Virus record (IMG/VR): IMGVR_UViG_3300028549_001826
Strand: one strand, 5' to 3'
Source of the DNA: a virus
DNA length: 64,000 bases
Shown: in pieces, positions 1 to 8,713 of the stretch
Layout: each line of letters starts with the position of its first letter
How positions within the stretch are numbered: position 1 is the first letter of the stretch
Notes under the pieces: model-generated
Told to the model about the DNA's origin: nothing
What the model saw: the letters and a program-made list of their open reading frames with translations, nothing else
Database searches by the model: none
Made by a program: the position numbers and the translations under genes

Positions 1-26
1 AAATTATAAATAGAATTGAGATTAAA

Positions 27-698
27 ATGGAAAAACAATTAATTGGTAAAAGACATAGTCACAATGATAAACAAGTTGACTATTGGATACATGTTACAAA
101 TAAGTGTAACTGGTTTTGTGATTATTGTATCGTTGATACACATAATACTAAAGATACACAAATAGAGAATGTTTTAAAAACTATACAAGAAGATGTTAAA
201 GACAATTCGTTTGTATCATTAACAGGTGGAGAAATAGGAACACTTTCTAAAAGCGAAATTGAAAGTATATTTATATTACTTGAATCAAAACAATGTAAAA
301 TTTGTATTGATACTAATGGTTTATTTTTAAGAAAATATTCGGAGTATTATAATAGAGTGTTTGATTACTTTTATCATTGTTCTGAAAAACTAACACTAGA
401 AGAAGATATTTTCAAAGATATATCTGATCCAGAAAATAAATTAACTTTTATGATAGTTGTATCAGATAGTAATTTTGAAAACAGCATTCCTTTCTTAACT
501 AAGTGGAATAATGTATTGTTTCATGTGCATGGAGCTATGACAAATGGAAATGGTGGAAACACTTTGAGTAATAAGTTTGCTTTAAAATTATTTCACGCTT
601 GTCATAAATTGGAAAATGTTAATAAAGAACATCTTACCTATATTATAAATTTGTATGCTGGAAAGAATGAACATGTGTTTATCGACTCAAGAAAATAA
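27..698 (+). CDS. Radical SAM protein
   Basis: CxxxCxxC (CNWFCDYC), LTGGE and DTNG motifs; no C-terminal Cys cluster. TATAAATA at 5-12 upstream. Confidence 0.85.
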   Translation: MEKQLIGKRHSHNDKQVDYWIHVTNKCNWFCDYCIVDTHNTKDTQIENVLKTIQEDVKDNSFVSLTGGEIGTLSKSEIESIFILLESKQCKICIDTNGLFLRKYSEYYNRVFDYFYHCSEKLTLEEDIFKDISDPENKLTFMIVVSDSNFENSIPFLTKWNNVLFHVHGAMTNGNGGNTLSNKFALKLFHACHKLENVNKEHLTYIINLYAGKNEHVFIDSRK

Positions 699-1305
699 TA
701 TAAAATTAAGTATTTTAATACTTACTCATAATCGTCCAATATTGTTTAAGCGATGTTTAAATAGTATATTATCACAAAACTTTAATTGCTCTATAGAAAT
801 ATTAGTTAATAATGATAGCAATGATATAGAAGAGATATCCAATGATATTTTTTCTATAAAATATTTCTATAAATCTTCTAACAATCTATCAGATTTGTAC
901 AAACATTTATTTGATCAAGCAAAAGGCGAATATGTTTATTTTTTAGAAGATGATGATTATTTATATAAAAATTTTGCTTGCATTCTTAATAAATATATAT
1001 TCGAAGATATTGATTTATATTATATGAAGTACAAAAATCCTTATGAAAATAAATATGAAGAGATATCTTTACCAACAATTAATACTCATTTTCAATTATC
1101 TCAAATATTATTTAAAAAAGAGCTTGTAGAAAATAGTTTTCCAGATAATAATTCCTTAGATAATGATTGGAAACTTTTTCAAACAATTATTAATAAAACA
1201 GACAATATAAAACTTATAAACAATATAATGTTTATTCAAACATATGATGGAAAGGATAATATAAGTTTTCCTAAATTTAACAAGGATATTCGATGGAATC
1301 AATAG
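667..1305 (+). CDS. Glycosyltransferase family 2 (GT-A fold)
   Basis: ILILTHNRP..FKRCLNSILSQ, EILVNND and YVYFLEDDD (DxD) motifs. The ORF is open from 655; start placed at ATG 667. Confidence 0.85.
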   Translation: MNMCLSTQENNIKLSILILTHNRPILFKRCLNSILSQNFNCSIEILVNNDSNDIEEISNDIFSIKYFYKSSNNLSDLYKHLFDQAKGEYVYFLEDDDYLYKNFACILNKYIFEDIDLYYMKYKNPYENKYEEISLPTINTHFQLSQILFKKELVENSFPDNNSLDNDWKLFQTIINKTDNIKLINNIMFIQTYDGKDNISFPKFNKDIRWNQ

Positions 1306-2222
1306 AATATATAAAACAGCAAGGATTAGGTCATAAAGTAGATAGATTATATATACATTGGGATATTACAACGCAATGTGAATATAAATGTTCTTATTGT
1401 TATGCTCGAAAAGAATATGAAGATAAATGGAATAGACCAGGCATATGGAAAAAACAATTAAATGTTATTGATGCTTTAAAAGAAAGTACTCTACCTATAT
1501 TTTTAGGACTACTTGGTGGAGAACCAACATCTCATTATAAATATTTTGAACTATTGGATAATCTTGAACAGATAATATTAGTAAACAATGATTCAAGATT
1601 ATATATTACTACAAATGGTAATAAAACAAATGAATTCTTTTTGAAACATAAAAAAGTTAATAAACAATTTTATGTTTTGTTTAGTCTCCATCCTGAGTAT
1701 GTTGATGATACAACTTTTAACCAATTCAAAAATAATATTAGAATAATGCTTGAAAAAGGATATAGAGTAAAAGTTAATGTAATGCTGCATCCATCGAAAC
1801 AGTATTGGGGATTTCTTAGAACTGCTATATTAAGTCTAAACACTTTAGATATAGAAGTTCATCCTCATTATATTTATTCAGATGCTCACAATAGTGTTTT
1901 ATATTCTAAGGATTTTTATGAATTTTTTGAAGAAGCAATTAAAACAAAAGAACCTGAATTTATATTTGAAACAGATGATGATATTTATCTTTTAACTGAT
2001 CAAGATATATTTAAAAACAAATATAATAAATTTAAAGATTGGAATTGTTGGAACAATAATTATGAAATAGATTTGGATTGTAGAATTAATCAATTTTGTT
2101 TTGAAGACAAAAAAGATATAGCTTTGGATTATTTTAAAAATATATCAAGCATTGTTTCAAAAAAATGCCCACATGAGTATTGTAGTTGTGATGGTTTGCT
2201 AAAAATTAAAAAGGAAAAATAA
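1293..2222 (+). CDS. Radical SAM protein with C-terminal Cys (twitch/SPASM-like) module
   Basis: CEYKCSYC, LLGGEP and TTNG; C-terminal CWNN..DCRINQFC..CPHEYCSC. Confidence 0.9.
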   Translation: MESIEYIKQQGLGHKVDRLYIHWDITTQCEYKCSYCYARKEYEDKWNRPGIWKKQLNVIDALKESTLPIFLGLLGGEPTSHYKYFELLDNLEQIILVNNDSRLYITTNGNKTNEFFLKHKKVNKQFYVLFSLHPEYVDDTTFNQFKNNIRIMLEKGYRVKVNVMLHPSKQYWGFLRTAILSLNTLDIEVHPHYIYSDAHNSVLYSKDFYEFFEEAIKTKEPEFIFETDDDIYLLTDQDIFKNKYNKFKDWNCWNNNYEIDLDCRINQFCFEDKKDIALDYFKNISSIVSKKCPHEYCSCDGLLKIKKEK

Positions 2223-3166
2223 TGCATAGTATAGATAGACTTGATATGAAAGTTGAAACATTAATATGTGATCACCATTTTATGTTTGAAATAACAAGAC
2301 AATGCAATATGAGTTGTTCATATTGTTATAAAGATAATAACACTAAAATACCTGATAATAATAAAATAGAATTTTATATGTTTATTAGAAAGATTACAAA
2401 ATTATTAGAAGCTCATCCAAATAAAACTTTTGAAGTTGATTTATTAGGAGGAGAACCAAGTATATCACAATATGCAGTCGAGTATTTTAATAAGTTAATA
2501 ACATTATCAACTATACATAATAATTTAAAATGGATTACCATGACTACTAATGGTCAAGAATTTTTATATAATCATGAAAATCTTTTAAAAACAAATAAAT
2601 TTAAAATTGAAATAACATACCATAACTCTTTGAAAAATATAGACAAATTTATAGAAAATCTTATTAAATATAAAACGAGTTATAATAATGTTATTTTAAC
2701 ATTAAATCTTTTTCCAAAAGGTTTTAATCTTGATAAAATATTGAGAGTGTTATATGTTTGTAAAGAATATGATATTATTGTTACAGTAATGAGTATATTT
2801 TCAGACACAACTATAACCTATTTAGATGAGAATATTTATAAGCCTATTTTTGATTTTATAAATGCTAATAATATGATCAATGATAAAGTAACAGATCAAT
2901 ATGCTTACAAAACAAAAGATTATATTAGAAGAATTCCAACTCGTTGCAAATTAAAAACATTTACTATACTATTTGACGGCACTATTGTATCATCATGTGG
3001 TTATAAATTAAAAGATAAATTAAATATAAAATACAATGAGTATCCTTTTGATGAAGAAATATTATGCAACGCTTCTATTTGTCAAGGAGCGAGTGGTTAT
3101 AATCAGTATTTATTATCTCAAAAAGATTTTAAAGAAGATGAGAAAAATGAGAAAAATAATGCATAA
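2222..3166 (+). CDS. Radical SAM protein with C-terminal Cys module
   Basis: CNMSCSYC, LLGGEP and TTNG; C-terminal CKL..DGTIVSSCG..CNASIC. TAATG overlap with the previous gene. Confidence 0.9.
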   Translation: MHSIDRLDMKVETLICDHHFMFEITRQCNMSCSYCYKDNNTKIPDNNKIEFYMFIRKITKLLEAHPNKTFEVDLLGGEPSISQYAVEYFNKLITLSTIHNNLKWITMTTNGQEFLYNHENLLKTNKFKIEITYHNSLKNIDKFIENLIKYKTSYNNVILTLNLFPKGFNLDKILRVLYVCKEYDIIVTVMSIFSDTTITYLDENIYKPIFDFINANNMINDKVTDQYAYKTKDYIRRIPTRCKLKTFTILFDGTIVSSCGYKLKDKLNIKYNEYPFDEEILCNASICQGASGYNQYLLSQKDFKEDEKNEKNNA

Positions 3167-4136
3167 AATTAAATTAAAACATTCATATGAAATAATGCAA
3201 AATGATAATAAATTGATATTTGGTGCAGAGTATGATTATCAAATAACAATTAGGATAACAGAATTATGTAATATTAAATGCGAGTACTGTGAAGTTAATA
3301 AAGGGAAACCTTACAAATACGATGATATTATAAGGTCTATTACGTTATTAAATAAATTTTTTGATGAAAACAATTTTAATAAAGTCTTATTTTATTTTCA
3401 TGGGGGTGAACCAACTACTCACCCAAAATTATTAGATATTTTAAAATATATCAAAACTAGTCGAGAAAATAATATAATAGAACTTCAGACAAATTTATTA
3501 TCATCCGAATCTTTTCTAAAACAATATTTGAAACACATTGACTTGTTAAGTATATCATATCACTATATGGAATTAGTTAGAGTTAATAAATTAGAATTAT
3601 TTATGAATAATATAAATTATATTGTATCAAATAATTATTACATTGATAAATTAGATATAATGTTAGAAAATGTTTTATATGAACATATAGATATATTTCA
3701 TAATACTATAGAACATTTATTAAAATTACCAAACATAATTAATAGTGAAATGATTTATTTTTACAGTAATTATGATTATAATAATGAAACATCTAAAAAA
3801 CATTTAGAATTTTATAAAAAATATAATAAAACAGAACAATTGTATAAAATTGATGGTGTTGTTTATTCTACTAATGAATTATTTGGTAGAGGGCTAGATT
3901 GTGTTGGTAGTAGATGTGATGCTGGTAAAACTTCTATAATTATGAACGGGAATGGTGATGTTTTTAAATGTGGACAACATTTAATGGAATATTTTCTTAA
4001 CAATAAAGGAAAACCTTTTATAAATATTATCGAAAATGGTTTTAAATCTTTAAATATTTTATATAAAATAGGCACTCGATGCGTATGGGATTATTGTTGT
4101 GGAGATTTTTATTTAAATAAAAATATTAAAGGCTAA
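3159..4136 (+). CDS. Radical SAM protein with C-terminal Cys module
   Basis: CNIKCEYC, FHGGEP and QTN; C-terminal CDAG..NGDVFKCG..CVWDYCC. Start placed at ATG 3159, overlapping the previous stop. Confidence 0.9.
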   Translation: MHKIKLKHSYEIMQNDNKLIFGAEYDYQITIRITELCNIKCEYCEVNKGKPYKYDDIIRSITLLNKFFDENNFNKVLFYFHGGEPTTHPKLLDILKYIKTSRENNIIELQTNLLSSESFLKQYLKHIDLLSISYHYMELVRVNKLELFMNNINYIVSNNYYIDKLDIMLENVLYEHIDIFHNTIEHLLKLPNIINSEMIYFYSNYDYNNETSKKHLEFYKKYNKTEQLYKIDGVVYSTNELFGRGLDCVGSRCDAGKTSIIMNGNGDVFKCGQHLMEYFLNNKGKPFINIIENGFKSLNILYKIGTRCVWDYCCGDFYLNKNIKG

Positions 4137-4138
4137 AT

Positions 4139-4930
4139 ATGAAACAAATAGTTGAGTGGGAATTAGTGTCACATTGTAATTATAATTGCGACTATTGTTT
4201 ATTACCAAAGTATAATTATATCAATGATCAAATTAAAATAAAAGAATTCATACATAATACTTTAAAACCATTTCGAAATGAAGTTTTATTTTGTTTTGGT
4301 GGTGAACCATTTCTACATAAAAATATAAAATTCATAATTGATGAGTTAAATATTGTTAACCAAGTATTTGAAATACAAAGTAATTTAAGTTTATTAAGTT
4401 TAGATAAAATTGAGATACTTAATTTAACGAATTTTAAATTAAATGGCTCAATTCACCCAACACAAATAGATTTAAAAGAAATTATATATAATTTAAAAAA
4501 ATTAATACAATTATCTGAAAAAAATAATATATCTATACAAACAATAGATATAATGTATGTGGGCGAAATTTCTGTCAAATATTATAATATTCTTAAAAAT
4601 CTTTTTAAACTAAATTTTAAACTTACTCCTATCTCGGGATTTTATGAAACAAATAGTTGTGCTAAAACAATAGAATATAATAAATTAAGACATGAAAATG
4701 AATTCAATAACAATATTATTTTTGAAGAAATTATAACACCTGCATATGATATATATAGATCAGAGGTTTGGGAAAAACAATGTCTTGATGAAATAACTAC
4801 ACTCAACCAAGAATGTTATTATAAGAATAGATATTTTTTATTTGATTCAATGTTGAATATAAATAATTGTTGTTATAGAGAGTTCAATACAACAGGAATA
4901 TGTCAACACAGTAAATGTTTTTGGATGTAA
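4139..4930 (+). CDS. Radical SAM protein with C-terminal Cys module
   Basis: CNYNCDYC, FGGEP and QSN; C-terminal CYY..NCC..CQHSKC. Confidence 0.88.
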   Translation: MKQIVEWELVSHCNYNCDYCLLPKYNYINDQIKIKEFIHNTLKPFRNEVLFCFGGEPFLHKNIKFIIDELNIVNQVFEIQSNLSLLSLDKIEILNLTNFKLNGSIHPTQIDLKEIIYNLKKLIQLSEKNNISIQTIDIMYVGEISVKYYNILKNLFKLNFKLTPISGFYETNSCAKTIEYNKLRHENEFNNNIIFEEIITPAYDIYRSEVWEKQCLDEITTLNQECYYKNRYFLFDSMLNINNCCYREFNTTGICQHSKCFWM

Positions 4931-4948
4931 TAAAGGGAAAGGAATCTT

Positions 4949-5806
4949 ATGCAATCATTGCAAAAATTATCTATTAATATAGCGGGAGCGTTTACCTTTA
5001 ACTTTACAGAATTTTTTCTCAAATCGGCAATATATAAAAAATTTAATATAACTGTTTATGATGGAGTTAATAATTGTCAATGGAATGGTGGTAGAATCAA
5101 TAGACCAATTTATATAGATCAAAAAGATATTGAACGATACAATAAATTAGGTATAGCTGTATCTTTAACATTTTCAAATCATATTATAGATTTAAACGAT
5201 GATACAGGACAAACATTATTAAAATGGTTGAATGATTCCCAAATTAAATACGGTATACAAAATGAAATTACTTTAGTTAATGAAGATTTTTTAAAACATT
5301 TGAGATCTAATTATAATTTTATATTGAAATATAGTATAACAGGACATGATTCAAAACAAAAAAATGTAGAAGAATTAAAAGTGTATTATAAAAGATTAGA
5401 ACTTTTATATGATAAAATTGTTCCAAAAATGGAAGATGTTTTCAAAAATGTTTTCTCAAATAATAATAAATATGAATTAATGTTAAATGATACATGTTTA
5501 GAAAATTGTCCATATTATAATGAACATTTTAAGGCTATTAATTTTATAAATAAAAATACACTTATTGATATAAATAATTTATACAATGATAATAAATCCA
5601 TAGAAGAGTGTTGGTTATCAAATTTTGATCCAAATATACCAAATATGAATAATAATTGTGGCATGGATTTTAATGAGAGTATGTTTAAAGAATCACTAAG
5701 TAAAGGTTTTAATTCTTTTAAGATATCAGGTAGAGAGAATAAACAAGAAGATATATTAAATGATATCAAATATTATATAAGGATTTATGATGCTATTGAA
5801 AAATAA
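4949..5806 (+). CDS. U32-family (UbiU/TrhP/RlhA-like) Fe-S protein
   Basis: ELMLNDTCLENCPYYNEH Cys motif, further Cys residues and C-terminal FKISGRE (compare the U32 motif FKIEGR). Confidence 0.65.
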   Translation: MQSLQKLSINIAGAFTFNFTEFFLKSAIYKKFNITVYDGVNNCQWNGGRINRPIYIDQKDIERYNKLGIAVSLTFSNHIIDLNDDTGQTLLKWLNDSQIKYGIQNEITLVNEDFLKHLRSNYNFILKYSITGHDSKQKNVEELKVYYKRLELLYDKIVPKMEDVFKNVFSNNNKYELMLNDTCLENCPYYNEHFKAINFINKNTLIDINNLYNDNKSIEECWLSNFDPNIPNMNNNCGMDFNESMFKESLSKGFNSFKISGRENKQEDILNDIKYYIRIYDAIEK

Positions 5807-6770
5807 ATTAAAGTTAAAACAAAAATTTGAATTAGTTATAAAAAATGAACTAAGCCATTTTTTAAATATAAAGAATGTAAAAGATGTTTCTATAGATATA
5901 CATTATAAAAATCTTGGAGATAATAACGGTAAATTAATTATAGGATATTTTTCTATTATTGAATACAATGGTGAAAAATATAGATTGGTTTTAAAGGATG
6001 AATTGTACCGCATTTATAATGAAGATGTTGAGACAGAAAATATTGAATTGTTTACAAAAGAAATTATTGAGAAAATTATAGAAAATAAAGTGTTATTCAA
6101 AGATATAACAAAGATAAAACCAGAAACATATAACAATAATGATTTATTAAAAAATGAGTTATATAAGATTTATCACAATAAACATTTAAATCTATTACAA
6201 GAATATAGTAAACCATTGAATGATATTAAAAAGATTTCTTTTAATGATAAAGAATTGTTTTATGATTTCTACGATAACCATTTTAACAACATACCACATT
6301 CTCCCGAAGTTTTATTTTCTTCTGAAAATTGTTTATTATTAAAATACTACAATATTAAACAAAATTTAACAATTAAAATATTAGAGAATGATAAAAAACT
6401 GTTTCAGAAATGTTTTGAAATAATAAATGATATAAATAATTATTTTAAACAAAATGATACCTATTTAGTTTTCCCTATATTTAATGTCGAGAATTTTGCG
6501 CAACTAGATGATGACACAATTTTATATATCGATATTGATGGTTTACAGAATAATAATTTTTTAACATATGCTATAGCACTTAGAGAGAATGAAATGAATA
6601 ATGATCAAGAAGTAATAATCGATTATATCCAAGACAATATTTATACAAACATAACTAAGGTAATGTTAGATAATCAGAATACATTCACAGATTTATTAAA
6701 TGTGTCTCCAAATCTCAAATATGTAAATATGAATTTCAATAATTTAACTATACATAATTTACTAGTTTAA
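5787..6770 (+). CDS. Hypothetical protein (weak kinase-like remnant)
   Basis: 327-aa ORF overlapping the previous stop; FNVENF...YIDID loosely resembles kinase catalytic and metal-binding loops. Confidence 0.55.
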   Translation: MMLLKNKLKLKQKFELVIKNELSHFLNIKNVKDVSIDIHYKNLGDNNGKLIIGYFSIIEYNGEKYRLVLKDELYRIYNEDVETENIELFTKEIIEKIIENKVLFKDITKIKPETYNNNDLLKNELYKIYHNKHLNLLQEYSKPLNDIKKISFNDKELFYDFYDNHFNNIPHSPEVLFSSENCLLLKYYNIKQNLTIKILENDKKLFQKCFEIINDINNYFKQNDTYLVFPIFNVENFAQLDDDTILYIDIDGLQNNNFLTYAIALRENEMNNDQEVIIDYIQDNIYTNITKVMLDNQNTFTDLLNVSPNLKYVNMNFNNLTIHNLLV

Positions 6771-6802
6771 ATACAGGTAAATTAATAATTTCAAGCAATA
6801 AA

Positions 6803-6838
6803 ATTGGTAGCTAGAGGATTAATCCTCTAGCTACCAAT
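6803..6838. terminator. Bidirectional terminator-like perfect palindrome
   Basis: ATTGGTAGCTAGAGGATT|AATCCTCTAGCTACCAAT, a 36-bp perfect palindrome between convergent genes. Confidence 0.75.
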
Positions 6839-6851
6839 CTTGTGGCAATTT

Positions 6852-7187
6852 TTAATCAACTAATTCTACTAATTCAACTAATTCAACAGGTTGATTTTCT
6901 TCACTCCATTTAACATTTACTGCTTGGTTGAATGTTTCTTTTAACCAATATAATTTTACTAACTCTTTTTCAACATCTTCATATTCAACTAAGATATCCT
7001 CAATTCTTTTCAATCTAACCATTACAGCATTTACTTGAGCTGAACTCATAGTTGGTAACTGTAATATCAATCCTTCAATTCTATTTAAATCTTCGATAGC
7101 ATTCATAGCTAAATCTTCTATCAATCCGCTATGATCAACTTCTTCGACTTCTTTAACTACTATACTTCCATCTCTTTCTAAACTCAT
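6852..7187 (-). CDS. Hypothetical acidic early protein
   Basis: 111-aa ORF with AGGAG SD; VEL repeats at the C-terminus. Confidence 0.75.
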   Translation of the reverse strand: MSLERDGSIVVKEVEEVDHSGLIEDLAMNAIEDLNRIEGLILQLPTMSSAQVNAVMVRLKRIEDILVEYEDVEKELVKLYWLKETFNQAVNVKWSEENQPVELVELVELVD

Positions 7188-7363
7188 GTCATTCTCCTAA
7201 ATTTTATTAATAAAGAATCATCATATTCTAACTATTGCTAGTTCTAATACGATGGAATAAGTTATTGATTAGTAACCCAATTCTTTGTCCTCTCGTGACT
7301 TGTAACTGAAATCATTATATCCTATTGTACGGCGTACTTTAAGATACTCTAACTTGTATTCTT

Positions 7364-7430
7364 TCTTTATCTACATATATTATATCTATGGTATCAAGAA
7401 GTATTTCTCAATGGATACCATAGATATAAC
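7364..7430 (-). promoter_or_regulatory. Early promoter/operator module copy 1
   Basis: Minus-strand TTGAGA-N21-TATAAT (-10 at 7379-7384); 16-bp inverted repeat at 7380-7395/7414-7429. Confidence 0.7.
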
Positions 7431-7507
7431 ATGTAATCATCCCTACAACTTACATAACATAAACAACATACCAAACTAATAATTTCGAGCAATAAAGATA
7501 TTCATTC

Positions 7508-7960
7508 CTAAGCTATAAGCTTAGGAATGAATCCTCTTAAGTTAATCTTAGATGATTGCTCACCTTGGATTCTTTGTCCATCATCATTATTGATGATAGT
7601 GTAACTTGTTTTAAATGGTGTCATATATACACCAACTACTTTTCCGCTAACCTTTTTGTGGTCAACATTTATTGTAATATCCTCACCAAGATCTGGTAAG
7701 ATTACACTATTCATTTCTTTTACATTTTCAAATGTAATATTTTCTGCATAGTTTTCAACTGATTCAAATATATCTTCAATTTGAATTTTGTGTTTTTTAT
7801 GTACAACATTTTTTGATGTGTACTCATTTATCATATAATTCATTGTATACGATAGATCATTTCTAATAGTTACTTCGTAACCATCAACTAAACCTTGCAC
7901 TAATTGTGCACCGTCAGTGAACACTACTTGTGTTCCATTTTTAATAACTTTTATTGTCAT
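7508..7960 (-). CDS. Hypothetical early protein
   Basis: 150-aa ORF with GGAG SD, downstream of promoter module 2. Confidence 0.75.
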   Translation of the reverse strand: MTIKVIKNGTQVVFTDGAQLVQGLVDGYEVTIRNDLSYTMNYMINEYTSKNVVHKKHKIQIEDIFESVENYAENITFENVKEMNSVILPDLGEDITINVDHKKVSGKVVGVYMTPFKTSYTIINNDDGQRIQGEQSSKINLRGFIPKLIA

Positions 7961-7984
7961 TTCTTTCTCCGTTTTAATTTTATT

Positions 7985-8056
7985 TTTCTTTGTCTACATA
8001 TATTATATCTATAGTATCATAAGGTATTTCTCAAAGAATTACTATAGATATTACAC
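7985..8056 (-). promoter_or_regulatory. Early promoter/operator module copy 2
   Basis: TTGAGA (8029-8034)-N21-TATAAT (8002-8007) on the minus strand; 12-bp inverted repeat ATATCTATAGTA/TACTATAGATAT. Confidence 0.7.
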
Positions 8057-8115
8057 TAAACAATCCATACATAAACAACTAGCTAATACATATATTAAAA
8101 CAATAAAATGAGGTT

Positions 8116-8139
8116 CTCGTTAAGTTTTTACTTAACGAG
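8116..8139 (-). terminator. Hairpin terminator candidate
   Basis: CTCGTTAAGT-TTTT-ACTTAACGAG, a 10-bp stem overlapping the stop of the 8128-8292 ORF. Confidence 0.55.
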
Positions 8140-8292
8140 GTTACCATACATTTCATCTCTTGACCATTTGTGATCAAGATTATAATCGTCTTCTTCGACG
8201 TCTTTATTTAACGCTGCATCTGAATGCAGCGCATAACCTAATTGTCCAACTACTATTATAAATAGTATTACTGCAATTATTAAATCTTCCAT
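8128..8292 (-). CDS. Small membrane protein (54 aa)
   Basis: Hand translation MEDLIIAVILFIIVVGQLGYALHS...GNLVK; AAGGA SD; not in the ORF track. Confidence 0.55.
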   Translation of the reverse strand: MEDLIIAVILFIIVVGQLGYALHSDAALNKDVEEDDYNLDHKWSRDEMYGNLVK

Positions 8293-8302
8293 TTTGTTTT
8301 CC

Positions 8303-8422
8303 TTATAATAATATATAGTTAGTTATCATATAACCAACTGTAACTGATGCAATTATTTCAATTGCAACTATAACTGTATACCACGCATATATTGCGTTTA
8401 ATTCTGACCTTTTTATTGTCAT
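8303..8422 (-). CDS. Small membrane protein (39 aa)
   Basis: MTIKRSELNAIYAWYTVIVAIEIIASVTVGYMITNYILL; GGAG SD with the same start context as the ORF at 7960. Confidence 0.5.
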   Translation of the reverse strand: MTIKRSELNAIYAWYTVIVAIEIIASVTVGYMITNYILL

Positions 8423-8447
8423 TTCTTTTCTCCGTTTTTGTTTTCTT

Positions 8448-8520
8448 TTCTTTGTCTACATATATGATTTCTATGGTATCTAAATGTATTTCTCAATGAA
8501 TTAGTATAGATATTACATTA
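8448..8520 (-). promoter_or_regulatory. Early promoter/operator module copy 3 (degenerate -10)
   Basis: TTGAGA (8491-8496), GATACCATAGA and ATATGTAGACAAAG are conserved; the -10 position reads AATCAT. Confidence 0.6.
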
Positions 8521-8580
8521 ATAATTTCCATACATACATAAATTATAATAATAAAGCATTAAAAAGTATTAGTAAGTATC

Positions 8581-8610
8581 ATTAGTAAATGGTTATAACC
8601 ATTTACTAAT
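8581..8610. terminator. Perfect palindrome, terminator candidate
   Basis: ATTAGTAAATGGTTA|TAACCATTTACTAAT, 30 bp, covering the stop of the 8593-8694 ORF. Confidence 0.55.
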
Positions 8611-8694
8611 TTTTACTAATGTTTTGTAAGATAACATTTCTGTTAGCACATAAGCCATCAATAAGACAGCTATTATCAATATACTTATTAGCAT
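8593..8694 (-). CDS. Small hydrophobic protein (33 aa)
   Basis: MLISILIIAVLLMAYVLTEMLSYKTLVKISKWL; AAGGA SD; downstream of promoter module 4. Confidence 0.45.
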   Translation of the reverse strand: MLISILIIAVLLMAYVLTEMLSYKTLVKISKWL

Positions 8695-8713
8695 ATTCTT
8701 TCCTTTAATTTTA

